The translations under genes were made by a program, and so were the position numbers. Below, in pieces: positions 39,339 to 55,324 of a DNA stretch of 64,000 nt (positions are counted from its first letter, which is position 1; each line of letters begins with the position of its first letter). Source of the stretch: Kofleriaceae bacterium. GTDB lineage: Bacteria; Myxococcota_A; Polyangia; Haliangiales; Haliangiaceae. A model generated the notes under the pieces. The model did not search any database. It was not told the DNA's origin and saw nothing but the letters and a program-made list of their open reading frames with translations. The DNA is taken from assembly GCA_046597055.1 (NCBI GenBank), contig JBKJLC010000016.1, positions 28,111 through 92,110 on the forward strand, read 5' to 3'.

Positions 39339-42137
39339 TCACGGCGTGGCGCTGGGCGCGCCTTCGGACGCCGGCGCCGGCGCCGGCGCCGGCGTCGGCT
39401 CCGTGCCATCGGCGGGCGGCGCGCCCGGGTCGGTCGGCGTGACCGCCGGCTCCGGCGTCGTCGGCGTTGGCGCCGGCGCCTTGCCCTGCAGGCGCTCGAG
39501 CTGGCGCTTGGCAGCGGCCGAGCTCGGGTACACCTCGAGGTAGTCCTCGTACGCCTTGATCGCGAGATCGGTGCGGCCCTGCTGCTGGTACGCCTCGGCG
39601 ACGCCCCACAGGGCGCGCTCGAACCGCGGCGAGATGCCGAGCGCCGCGCGGAACTTGGAGTGCGCCGACGAGAACTGCTTGGAGTCGATGTGGCAGAAGC
39701 CCATGCCGGTCAGCGCCTCGACGCCGTTGGGCTGGGCCTCGAGCGCCTTCGCGAAGTATGGCATCGCCTGCCCGCAGTCGACCTCGGCCAGCTTGTTGGC
39801 CTTGGCGAGCAGCCGGTCGTAGCTGTCGCCGGCGACCGGGCCGGGCGGCGTGGTCCCGGTGCCGGTGCTCGCGGACGTGCCGGCGCCGGTCGGCGGCGTG
39901 GCGGTGCCCTTGCCGGCAGCGGTGCCACTGCCGCCGCCCAGCTCCGGGGGCATCGGGTCGTTGCTCGACACCGACGCGAGCTTCGCGACCAGCGCGCGCG
40001 CACCGCCGTGCTCGGGCTGGGCCACGAGCACCGCCTGCGCGGCCTGCACCGCGTCGTCGTTCTTCCCCTGCGCCAGCGCCAGGCGGGCCCGGTGCCAGCG
40101 CGGCCGCACGTCGCCGGTGGCGGCGAGCGCACCGGTGGCACGCTCGAGCGCGGCCAGGATCTCGGCCGCGTTCTCGAGGTCCTTGTCGCGCAGCGCGACC
40201 AGGGCGGCGATCAGCTTGCCCTCGCGCTCGTCGCCGGCGGCATCGAGGTAGCGGCGCAGGTCCTTGGCCGGCTTGCCCTGCAGGCGCAGCACGTCGGCCA
40301 TGACCGCGTTGGCCAGCCGATCTTGACCATCGGCCTTGAGCGCGCGACCGGCGAGCCCGAGCGCGGTGAGCGTGAGCTTCTTGCTCTCGCGGCGCACGGT
40401 CTCGGCGGTCTTGCCGTCGGCGAACTGCGCCTCGTCCTCGAGGATCTGGGCCTGCGCGGTGACCAGGCGGGCGCGCAGCGCCAGCGTGACCGCGTTGGCG
40501 CGGCCGCTCTCGGCGAGCAGCTTCTCGGCCGCGATCAGCGCGGGCGTCGACTCGCGACCGAGCTGCACGCGCGCCTGCTCGAGCAGGTCGTCGGTGGCGG
40601 TGAGCCCGGCATCCGGCCCGGGCCCGGGCGCGACCACGCCGCCATCCGCGGTCGCGATCAGCGCGCCGGCATCGGCGGTGTCGGTCACCACCGCCCGCGG
40701 CACCTCGGCCGCGCGCAGGAAGACGAAGTACACGACGCCGACCGCAGCGCCGATCACCGCGAGCGAGCCGAGCGCGATCCACATCGTCGCGCTGCGCCGG
40801 CGCGGCAGCACGTCGTCGTCGAACAGGTCGGGCTCGGGCCCGGGGTCGGGCTCGTCCGTGAGCCGACCGACCCGTCCGCTGACGAACGCCGCGTCCACGG
40901 TGGGCGCGGGACGGACCACGCCGCCGAAGCCCTGGTAGCCGTCCGAGGGCCGGACCACGCCGCGCATCGGCCCGGCCTCGTCATCGTCGACCTCCATCGC
41001 CTTGACGTCGTCGGTCGCCCAGCCACCGGTCGAGTGTCCGCCAGGCGGCACGGGCAGCGCCGGCGCATAGGTCGCGCGCGGCGTGGTCGACTGGGGCGGC
41101 GGCGGCGGCGTGGTGCGCGGCCGCGCCGCCCGCGCCGGGGGCGACGCGAGCAGCGTCGGCGCCTGCGCAACCGGCGCCGGCGGCGGCGCCAGCAAGGTCG
41201 GCGACTGCGACACCGGCGGCGGGATCCGCAGGGTCGGCGACTGCGGGGCGACCGCGGGCACGCGCGCCGCCGGCGGCTGGGGCGCCGGCGCGGCCATGCG
41301 CATCGTCTGCTGGGTCACCGGCGCGACCGGCACCGGCACGTTGGGTGGCGGCGCGGTCAGCGGCCGCGGAGGCGGCGACGTGGGGCGGACCGGCGCGGTG
41401 GCGGCCCGGGCCGCGCCGGGCGGGCGCAGCGGCTCGACGACGGTGCCGCGCTCGGACTTGCTGTTGCCGAGCCCGACCAGGGTCGCGCTGGGGTCGGTGA
41501 TCGCGCCCCGCGCCGGCGTCATCGAGCCCGAGGCGCGCCCGCCGCGCGACAGGCGGGCCTGCTCCGCGACGATGAAGAACGAGCTCAGCTCCGCGATGTC
41601 GCCGAGGCGCTTCCAGGTCTTCCCGCTGCGCGAGATCATCGACTCGCGCGACACCGAGCCGGTGATGATCCACTGCTGGAGCATCCCGAGCTCTTTGCAG
41701 GTGCGGGTCTCACCGTTGTCGAGGCGGATGATCCAGTTGCGCTCGCCCTCGCCGGCGGTGACCGGCCCCGAGCCGGTCTGCTGCCGCGGTCCGCGGTCGC
41801 GCGCGGTGGCGTCAGGGAGCGGACGCGAGGCGCCGCCGGAGCGCGCCGCGGCGCCGCCGATCGGCGACGGGATCGGCGCCGACGGCGCGGCCGCCATCGG
41901 CGCGGCCGGTGCGCCAGTCGGGACCCGCGCATCGCGCACGGTCGGGCTCGCGAGCGACGAGCCGCCAGCCGCGACGCCGGGGCCGACGCCTACCGGAATG
42001 CCGCTCTGGGTCTGGGCCCGTTTGCGGATCTTGAACATGTGCCCACACGTCGTGCACTTGACTGTCACGCCACCTGGCTTCAGGCGGGACTCGTCGAGCT
42101 CGTACTCCGTGTTGCACTTCTCGCAGCGGACGTCCAT
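39339..42137 (-). CDS. Zinc-ribbon (MJ0042) + GYF-like + Pro-rich linker + TM + periplasmic TPR protein
   Basis: MDVRCEKCNTEY...VKCTTCGHMF; LQQWI.....SRESMISRSGKTWKRLGDIAEL; TM WIALGSLAVIGAAVGVVYFVFL; C-terminal TPRs. Confidence 0.88.
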   Translation of the reverse strand: MDVRCEKCNTEYELDESRLKPGGVTVKCTTCGHMFKIRKRAQTQSGIPVGVGPGVAAGGSSLASPTVRDARVPTGAPAAPMAAAPSAPIPSPIGGAAARSGGASRPLPDATARDRGPRQQTGSGPVTAGEGERNWIIRLDNGETRTCKELGMLQQWIITGSVSRESMISRSGKTWKRLGDIAELSSFFIVAEQARLSRGGRASGSMTPARGAITDPSATLVGLGNSKSERGTVVEPLRPPGAARAATAPVRPTSPPPRPLTAPPPNVPVPVAPVTQQTMRMAAPAPQPPAARVPAVAPQSPTLRIPPPVSQSPTLLAPPPAPVAQAPTLLASPPARAARPRTTPPPPPQSTTPRATYAPALPVPPGGHSTGGWATDDVKAMEVDDDEAGPMRGVVRPSDGYQGFGGVVRPAPTVDAAFVSGRVGRLTDEPDPGPEPDLFDDDVLPRRRSATMWIALGSLAVIGAAVGVVYFVFLRAAEVPRAVVTDTADAGALIATADGGVVAPGPGPDAGLTATDDLLEQARVQLGRESTPALIAAEKLLAESGRANAVTLALRARLVTAQAQILEDEAQFADGKTAETVRRESKKLTLTALGLAGRALKADGQDRLANAVMADVLRLQGKPAKDLRRYLDAAGDEREGKLIAALVALRDKDLENAAEILAALERATGALAATGDVRPRWHRARLALAQGKNDDAVQAAQAVLVAQPEHGGARALVAKLASVSSNDPMPPELGGGSGTAAGKGTATPPTGAGTSASTGTGTTPPGPVAGDSYDRLLAKANKLAEVDCGQAMPYFAKALEAQPNGVEALTGMGFCHIDSKQFSSAHSKFRAALGISPRFERALWGVAEAYQQQGRTDLAIKAYEDYLEVYPSSAAAKRQLERLQGKAPAPTPTTPEPAVTPTDPGAPPADGTEPTPAPAPAPASEGAPSATP

Positions 42138-42202
42138 CGAACCCCTCAACACGTACCATACCTTGGCGTACCTCGACCTTTGGTTCTGATAGCATCGCGG
42201 CC

Positions 42203-42562
42203 GTGGGGAACAGTCGCGATGGCGAGCGCGTCCAGGTCGACGCCTTCGTCCGCGCCGCGGCCGGCGGGCACGAGCTGGTCTTCCGGGTCCGCGACCTGTC
42301 GCGCTCCGGCCTCTTCCTCTACACGAAGGTCGCTCAGTCGTATCCGTTCCGGACCGGCACCACCCTGCACATCGAGCTGTTCGACTTCGACCAGGCCATC
42401 AACCTCAAGGTCGTGGTCGCGCGCGTGGTGGATCCCGGCAGTCCCGAGTCCGAGAAGTTCCCGACCGGCTTCGGCGTTCGCATCCTCGAGATCGATGACG
42501 CGACCCTGACCCGGCTCGAGGCCCTCATTGATCGCGTGCGTGCGGGCGGCGCTCCCTACTGA
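42203..42562 (+). CDS. Stand-alone PilZ domain protein
   Basis: RDGER (RxxxR) and DLSRSG (DxSxxG), GLFL, VVARV, GFGV. Confidence 0.82.
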   Translation: MGNSRDGERVQVDAFVRAAAGGHELVFRVRDLSRSGLFLYTKVAQSYPFRTGTTLHIELFDFDQAINLKVVVARVVDPGSPESEKFPTGFGVRILEIDDATLTRLEALIDRVRAGGAPY

Positions 42563-42585
42563 TTCGTAGGCGCGTGTAACCCGTA

Positions 42586-42699
42586 CGCTCACAGCTCCAC
42601 ACTGAAGTACTTTCGGGAGCTTGGTCGATCGTCCGACCTGTGGACAAGATGTGAAAGTGCCGTGGAAGGTTGCCCCCAGCCTGTGCACTGGGTGAACCG
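42586..42699. promoter_or_regulatory. Cluster of DnaA-box-like 9-mers
   Basis: TGTGGACAA (=TTGTCCACA) at 42639, plus degenerate TGTGAAAGT 42650, CGTGGAAGG 42661, TGTGCACTG 42682 and AGCTCCACA 42593; locally lower GC. Confidence 0.4.
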
Positions 42700-42755
42700 C
42701 CGACCGGTGCATTTGCCTCACCCTGGTCCGGCCAATCGGGCGCCACCCGGCGCAC

Positions 42756-44579
42756 TTACTCGTCGAGGTAGCCGCTGATCTTGAGCTTGTTGCGTGACTG
42801 CTTGGCCAGCTTGGACCGCGGCCGCTCCTCGACGATCCCTTGCAGCAGCTCGGCTCCGAGCGCCTTGTCGTGCTCGTCGGGCGACTCGAGCAGGCGGAAG
42901 CCGAGGCCGTACAGCTCGTCGTCCTCGACGTCCTTCTCGCGGGCCAGCTTGCGCGCGACCTGGTAGCCGTTGCTCGCCAGCCGCCCGAACTGCGCGAGCA
43001 CCGGATCGTCGGCGTGCGACGCCCGCAGGATGGCCGGCCCGGTCGCCTTGAGCCCGAGCATGGCGAGCAAGAACCGGGAGTCGTCGTCGATCGCCGCATC
43101 GAGCTCGGGGCCACTGCGCATGAGCGGCTTGAGCGCGGCGAACGCCTCGGCCACCTTGCCGGCCTTGCGGAGCCGGCGCGCGCGGTCGAACAGCAGCGCG
43201 ACGTGTCGGGCCGGCGCGACGTCGGCGATCGTCTCGTTGATCACCCGCTCGAGCAGGATCGAGTCGGCGGTCGCCTTGCCCTTCGCGTGTAGCTCGAGGT
43301 GGCGCTCGGCGGCGGCGACCAGCTCGTCGGCGGCGCCGGTCGACACGTGACCGCGGTGCGCGCGCAGGGCGCCGGCGTAGCGGCGCGCGGCGGCCTCGTC
43401 GGTGCTGGCGACCAGGGCGCGGGTCAGCGGCAGCACCGCCTCGGGCGCCTTGGCCAGCCCGCGGCCGGCGGCGTCGCGCGCGGTGACGTCGTCGCCGCCG
43501 AGCGCTTCGATCAGCGGCTTGACCGCGCCGGCCCCGCCGCCGGCGGGCAGCCGCTCCATCGCCAGCTTCTGCGCCGCGGGGTGCTTCGAGCGCGCCAGCC
43601 CGGCGAACGCCTTGGCCAGCTTCTCGGGGATGCGCGCGCCGCGCAGCGTGTCGATCGCGGCCTGGGCGATGGCGAGGTCGTCGCCATCGGCGTACTCGAT
43701 CAGCGCCTCGATCGCCGGCTCGGTGCCCCTGGCGTCGCCGGCGGCGACGATGCGGCGCAGCGCGGCGATCGCGGCGAAGCGCACCGGGCGCGCCCGCTCA
43801 GGCCCCGACTGGACGACCAGCAGGCCCTGCGACGACGGCCGGGCGAGGTACCCGAGCAGGCGGAGCAGCGCGGTGTGCTCGGCCAGGATCGGCGCGACCG
43901 CCGGATCGCGGGTCGGATCGAACGGCGCCGGCTCGGCCCCGGCCTGGGCGCCGTTCCTGGGCGCCGCGGCCTTCCTGGCCCTGGTGGGCGCGGCCGCCTT
44001 GGCGCGCTCCTTCTCGACCCGCGCGAGCTCCTTGTCGAGTCGCTTGCCGCTGTCGGCGGTGCGCGCGCTCGCGCTCTTCCACAGCAGGTCGGCCAGCTTG
44101 TCGCCGCCCTGGTCGAGCTGGTGGCGGACCAGCTGTAGCGCCTGCTCACCGAGCTCGGCATCGCCCAGCTGGTCGAGGATCGACTCGATCGCAGCGCTGG
44201 TGCCGCGCCGGAGCAGGAGCTCGACGATCGCGCGGCGCGCCGCGAGCGGACCGTGGCCGAGCTCCTTGCGCAGCGGCCCCTCGGCGGCCGCGCCCTGGGC
44301 CGCGAGCAGCTCGATGGCGCGCTCGGCCAGCGCGTCGTCGTCGCGCTTGAGGATGGCGACCAGGTGCGGCGCGATGCCGGTGGCGCCCTGCGCGACCAGG
44401 CCCTCGAGCGCGATCCGCCGCACGCCCGGGTCGACGTCGCCGAGGCGCTCGAGCAGGCCCTGCTGCACGCCGGGGTCGCCGTCGCCGACCGCGCCCAGCA
44501 CCATCACCGCCGCCGCCCGCAGATCGACCCGATCGTGATCGAGGAGGGACAGCACCTGTGCCCCGAGATTCTTGGCCAT
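42756..44579 (-). CDS. HEAT-repeat protein
   Basis: GGAG RBS; repeated L.D....VR.AA...L motifs. Confidence 0.82.
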   Translation of the reverse strand: MAKNLGAQVLSLLDHDRVDLRAAAVMVLGAVGDGDPGVQQGLLERLGDVDPGVRRIALEGLVAQGATGIAPHLVAILKRDDDALAERAIELLAAQGAAAEGPLRKELGHGPLAARRAIVELLLRRGTSAAIESILDQLGDAELGEQALQLVRHQLDQGGDKLADLLWKSASARTADSGKRLDKELARVEKERAKAAAPTRARKAAAPRNGAQAGAEPAPFDPTRDPAVAPILAEHTALLRLLGYLARPSSQGLLVVQSGPERARPVRFAAIAALRRIVAAGDARGTEPAIEALIEYADGDDLAIAQAAIDTLRGARIPEKLAKAFAGLARSKHPAAQKLAMERLPAGGGAGAVKPLIEALGGDDVTARDAAGRGLAKAPEAVLPLTRALVASTDEAAARRYAGALRAHRGHVSTGAADELVAAAERHLELHAKGKATADSILLERVINETIADVAPARHVALLFDRARRLRKAGKVAEAFAALKPLMRSGPELDAAIDDDSRFLLAMLGLKATGPAILRASHADDPVLAQFGRLASNGYQVARKLAREKDVEDDELYGLGFRLLESPDEHDKALGAELLQGIVEERPRSKLAKQSRNKLKISGYLDE

Positions 44580-44765
44580 CGAAGACTCCCCTGCTCCGAG
44601 GTCGGTCGAAGCCCGACGACCGTAGGGCCGGCCGCCAGGGTTGTAAAGTCGGCCAACCGGCCGAACCGGTGGCATGGGTCGGCACCGCCGGCCGCGAAAA
44701 CCGACGATCACAGGGGAGATCCAGATCGGGTCCGCCGTATTCTTGATCAGGCCGGAGGATCTCCC

Positions 44766-46043
44766 ATGAGCGGATTCGAAGTGGAAGCCAGGACAGAGCT
44801 CGAGCCCTGGGCTCGCGACGCGCTCGATCAACAAGACAAGGTCCCCGAGACCACGGCCGAGTCGGTCGCGGGGCAGGAGGCCGCGCCAGCACCGCACGAA
44901 GGCGGGATCACGCCCGATCAAGCCGCGATGCTCGACCGGATGGACATCCTCCAGCCCGGCGACTTCAAGGCGGTCGCCAGCCTGCTCGAGATGCATCCGG
45001 AGCTCTGCGACGAGATCCTCGCGCGCGCCCAGCAGGTGTGCGGCAACGACACCGTCGCCAGAGCGCTCGAGCTCATCCAGGGGCAGGGCGCAGCGCCCGA
45101 AGCGGCCGAGGCCGAGACCGAGGTGCCCAACGCCGAGGCAGCGGTCGACGAGGCCGCGGCGACCAACCAGCCCGGCGCCGAGGCCAAGCCGGTCGAGGAG
45201 TTCGTGTACATCGTGTCGCCGCTCGCGCTCGAGTACGACCGCGCCGAGAAGGTGAAGGACCACGTCGAGTACATCCGGAACCACCCGGAGCTCCGCGATA
45301 CGATCCTGATCCAGGCCGCCGAGTTCGACCCGCAGCTGGTCGAAGAGGTCCGGGCCGCGCTCGAGCGTGCGGCGCCCGCCGAGACCGCGGCGGTCGAAGC
45401 GCCGACGGCCGACGCGCCGGCGCCCGATCCGGCCGCGCAGGTCGAGGCGTTCGAGTACATCCTGTCGCCGCTCGCGCTCGAGTACGCGCGCGACCAGAAG
45501 ATCGTCGACCACGTCGACTTCATCCGGAACAACCCCGGGATGCGCGACGCGGTCCTGAGCGGCGCGGCCGAGTTCGATCCGCAGCTCGCCGAGGACGTCC
45601 GGGTCGCGCTCGAGCAGGGCATGACGCCCCAGCCGGCCGGCGAGACCGAGCACACCCCGCCCGAGGTCGTGCAGGAGGCGGCCGAGCAGGCCGCGCCCAC
45701 GCCGGTCGCGGAGGGCCGCGCCCCCGAACCCGAGCCGACCGTCGAGGCCGAGCCGGGCTGGGTCACGCGCGCGCGCGCCTATCACCGGAATCACGAAGCC
45801 TACGCGGCCCAGTTCAACGAACTCACCAATGGCGAGTGCATGGGGCCAAGCGGCGAGCTCGACCCCAACCTGGTCGCCAACTGGCAGGTCGCGCACGGCA
45901 TCGCGCCCGACGGCCGGGTGGGCGCCGACACGGTCGCAGAGGCGGTCCAGTCCGTCCCGCTCACCTACGCCGACGCGGTCGAGATGGCCGCGGCGGCCGG
46001 CGAGCCGCCACCCGACGTCACCGATCCGCAGTTCTTGATGTAG
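44766..46043 (+). CDS. Acidic repeat protein with C-terminal peptidoglycan-binding-like domain, no signal peptide
   Basis: GGAGGA RBS; two 58-aa internal repeats; C-terminus VANWQVAHGIAPDGRVGADT (PG_binding_1-type Q..HGL..DG.VG..T). Confidence 0.8.
   Translation: MSGFEVEARTELEPWARDALDQQDKVPETTAESVAGQEAAPAPHEGGITPDQAAMLDRMDILQPGDFKAVASLLEMHPELCDEILARAQQVCGNDTVARALELIQGQGAAPEAAEAETEVPNAEAAVDEAAATNQPGAEAKPVEEFVYIVSPLALEYDRAEKVKDHVEYIRNHPELRDTILIQAAEFDPQLVEEVRAALERAAPAETAAVEAPTADAPAPDPAAQVEAFEYILSPLALEYARDQKIVDHVDFIRNNPGMRDAVLSGAAEFDPQLAEDVRVALEQGMTPQPAGETEHTPPEVVQEAAEQAAPTPVAEGRAPEPEPTVEAEPGWVTRARAYHRNHEAYAAQFNELTNGECMGPSGELDPNLVANWQVAHGIAPDGRVGADTVAEAVQSVPLTYADAVEMAAAAGEPPPDVTDPQFLM
45192..45614 (+). 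repeat. Intragenic 174-bp (58-aa) direct repeat
   Basis: 45192-45365 against 45441-45614; 38 of 58 aa identical by manual alignment. Confidence 0.9.
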
Positions 46044-46091
46044 TCGGGGCGGTTGCGCTCGCGCGGCGCTGGGGTAGCGACCGGGCGGCCG

Positions 46092-48208
<2,117 letters not shown>

Positions 48209-48212
<4 letters not shown>

Positions 48213-48996
48213 ACGAAGTCCCGGCGCCCGAAGATGAGGCAGGCCAGCAGCAAGAGCGCGGCCACCCACAGCAGGCCGTGGCCGGCCGACGCGCCGACGT
48301 AGCCCCACGACACGAAGTCGCCGTGGACCGACACCGCCCGACCGTCGAGGGTGCGCCCGGAGATGCCGAACAGGTGGAGGTCGGGCACCAGCCGGAGGGT
48401 CGCCTCGGCCACCGCGCGGATCCAGCCAGCCTGGGCGGTCTCGGCCGCGTTGCGCAGGTCGGGGGTGAGCCGTCCGATCACGAACAGCGCCAGCGCGAAG
48501 ATGCCCGACAGGAACGGGCTCGAGAACGCCGAGAAGAACACCGCGATCGCGGCGACCGTGATCACCTCGAGCCACGCCAGCACCACCGCCTTGCCGATCG
48601 CGCCGGTCAGGCCCACGCCCTGCCACGCCAGCAACCCGACCATCGCGACGGTGAACAGCGCGACCAGCACGGTCAGCACCAGCACCATGCCGAGGTACTT
48701 GCCGACCACGAACTCCCAGCGCGCGATCGGCTTGGTGACGATCGCGTAGATCGTGCGGCGCTGGACCTCGCCGTAGAGGAGGACCACGCCGAGGAAGATC
48801 GCGGTCAGCGCGCCGACCAGCGAGATCGCGGCCAGGCCGACGTCGCGGGCGACCCGCGACTGCTCCTGGATCGACATCTCGCCGAGCACGATCGCGAGCA
48901 GGTTGGCGGCGACCACCAGGATCAGGATGCCGTAGAGCACCCGGATCCGCGCCGCCTCGCGGAACGTGTTGAGGGCGATCGCCCACATCCGACCGA

Positions 48997-49000
<4 letters not shown>
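48209..49000 (-). CDS. ABC-2 type permease (PilI-like)
   Basis: IALNTFREAAR.R, EVQRRTIYAIVTKPIARWEFVVGKYLG, LVPDL, FGRRDF; about 6 TMs. Confidence 0.88.
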
Positions 49001-49968
<968 letters not shown>

Positions 49969-50006
49969 GCGGTCCTCACTGGCCATCACGGGGACGATCA
50001 CGGACG

Positions 50007-50747
50007 TCAGGGATAGCGACCCTGGATGCCGAGGCCGGCCTCGAGCCCGACCTCGAGCCAGCGACCGAACTCGACCTCCTCGCCGAAGAACGCGTACGCG
50101 CCGTAGGCGTCGTGGAAGTCGAACATCACGCCGTTGGCGTTGCGCAGCGCGACGTCCATGCCGAGGTCGTTGCCGGTGGCGTCCTGGTAGCCGGTCGCGT
50201 CGAGCGCGAGCTGCGCGGTCGAGAAGAACTTGAATCGCTCGTCGGCATTGTAGAAGAAGCGCACGCCGGGCGCGTAGTGGCGCAGCCGCGGGCCCTCGGT
50301 GTCGGTCGCGGTCCGGCCGAAGTCGCGCTCGAGCCCCAGCCGCACCTCGAGCATCAGCTCGATCCGCGGGGTCAGGCCGTAGGTCGCGGTGAGGTCGAGC
50401 GTGATCGGGACCCGGGTAAAGCACGCCGTGGCGTTGCCATTGGCGGTCTCGGTCGAGGTCTCGCCGCAGTACTCGCCGTCGTAGGTCTTGATGAAGCGCG
50501 AGCCGGTGACCAGCTGGCCCGACATGCCGAGCTGGCGGTGGTGACCGGTGCGGCGCACCGCCGGGGCGTTGTCGGGACCGGTCGGGATCAGCCGCGGCTC
50601 GGCCCCGCTCTCGTCGTCCGCGGGCAGCGCGGCGTCGCCTGAGCTGGCCTCGTCAGGGTCGACCGCGGGCGCCAGGTCGTCGCCAGCGGCGACGCCGGCG
50701 AGCGTGAGAAGCGCGGCGACCGCAGCCGCGATGCTCGGGGCTTGCAT
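50007..50747 (-). CDS. Hypothetical exported protein, predicted outer-membrane beta-barrel
   Basis: Signal peptide; alternating amphipathic strands; terminal GLGIQGRYP. Confidence 0.6.
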   Translation of the reverse strand: MQAPSIAAAVAALLTLAGVAAGDDLAPAVDPDEASSGDAALPADDESGAEPRLIPTGPDNAPAVRRTGHHRQLGMSGQLVTGSRFIKTYDGEYCGETSTETANGNATACFTRVPITLDLTATYGLTPRIELMLEVRLGLERDFGRTATDTEGPRLRHYAPGVRFFYNADERFKFFSTAQLALDATGYQDATGNDLGMDVALRNANGVMFDFHDAYGAYAFFGEEVEFGRWLEVGLEAGLGIQGRYP

Positions 50748-50824
50748 CGGCGCCACGCTATCACGGGTCACGTCCGGAGTTCGGGAACCGGCACGAGCAC
50801 CGGTGGGCCTGCTAGGCTGGGGCC

Positions 50825-51628
50825 GTGATCGACCGGCGCACCGTGCTGGCAGCGGGCCTCGTGCTGGCCATGACCCGCCGCGCCCGCGCGATCGGTCCCG
50901 GCGCCAAGTTCCGGTTCGGGCAACTCACGCTCGGCGCGACCGCGCCGCCGCGGCCCAACGCGCTGCGCCGGATGGCGTGGGAGATCGACAAGCGCACCTC
51001 GATCGAGGTCGCCCTCGAGGCCGCGCCGGTCACGCCGAGCAGCCCCGACCTGCACGACACGCCGTTCCTCTACCTGGCGGGCGACCGCGAGTTCGCGCTG
51101 CCGCCGCGCGAAGGCATCGAGGCGCTGCGCCGCTTCCTCACCTTCGGCGGGTTCCTCCTGGCCGACTCGGCGGAGGGCACGACCGACGGCGCCTTCGACA
51201 AGTCGGTGCGCGCGCTGTTCGGCGCGCTGTATCCGGCGCCGGCGGTCGGCCTCGAGCTGGTACCCGCCGACCACGTGGTCTACAAGTCGTTCTACCTGCT
51301 CGACCGCCCGCTCGGTCGGCTGGCGCTGTCGCCGGTGATGGAGGGCGTCACCCGCGGCGGTCGCCTGATCGGGGCCTACGTACAGAACGACATGGGCGGG
51401 GCCTGGGCCCGCGACAACTTCGGCAACTACGAGTTCACCTGCCAGCCCGACGGCGAGCGCCAGCGCGAGCTGTCGTTTCGCATGGGCGTCAACCTGGTGA
51501 TGTACGCGCTGTGCCTGGACTACAAGACCGACCAGGTGCACGTCCCCTTCATCATGCGCCGGCGTCGCTGGCGCCCCGACGATGGCGCCAGCGTGCCGGG
51601 CCGCCCGACGCCGCCGAAGGCCAAGTAG
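50825..51628 (+). CDS. DUF4159 domain protein
   Basis: Twin-Arg-like DRRTVL leader; PFLYLAG, LRRFLTFGGFLLAD, HVVYKSFY, NDMGGAW, RMGVNLVMYALCLDYKTDQVH. Confidence 0.85.
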   Translation: MIDRRTVLAAGLVLAMTRRARAIGPGAKFRFGQLTLGATAPPRPNALRRMAWEIDKRTSIEVALEAAPVTPSSPDLHDTPFLYLAGDREFALPPREGIEALRRFLTFGGFLLADSAEGTTDGAFDKSVRALFGALYPAPAVGLELVPADHVVYKSFYLLDRPLGRLALSPVMEGVTRGGRLIGAYVQNDMGGAWARDNFGNYEFTCQPDGERQRELSFRMGVNLVMYALCLDYKTDQVHVPFIMRRRRWRPDDGASVPGRPTPPKAK

Positions 51629-51634
51629 GTCGCG

Positions 51635-54127
<2,493 letters not shown>

Positions 54128-54139
54128 GAAAAGGCACTC

Positions 54140-55320
<1,181 letters not shown>

Positions 55321-55324
<4 letters not shown>

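Noticed and set aside
42756..45896. 1046-aa ORF as listed in the track
   Set aside because: Its 5' part is the antisense of the 44766-46043 gene; the real start is the ATG at 44579 with a GGAG RBS
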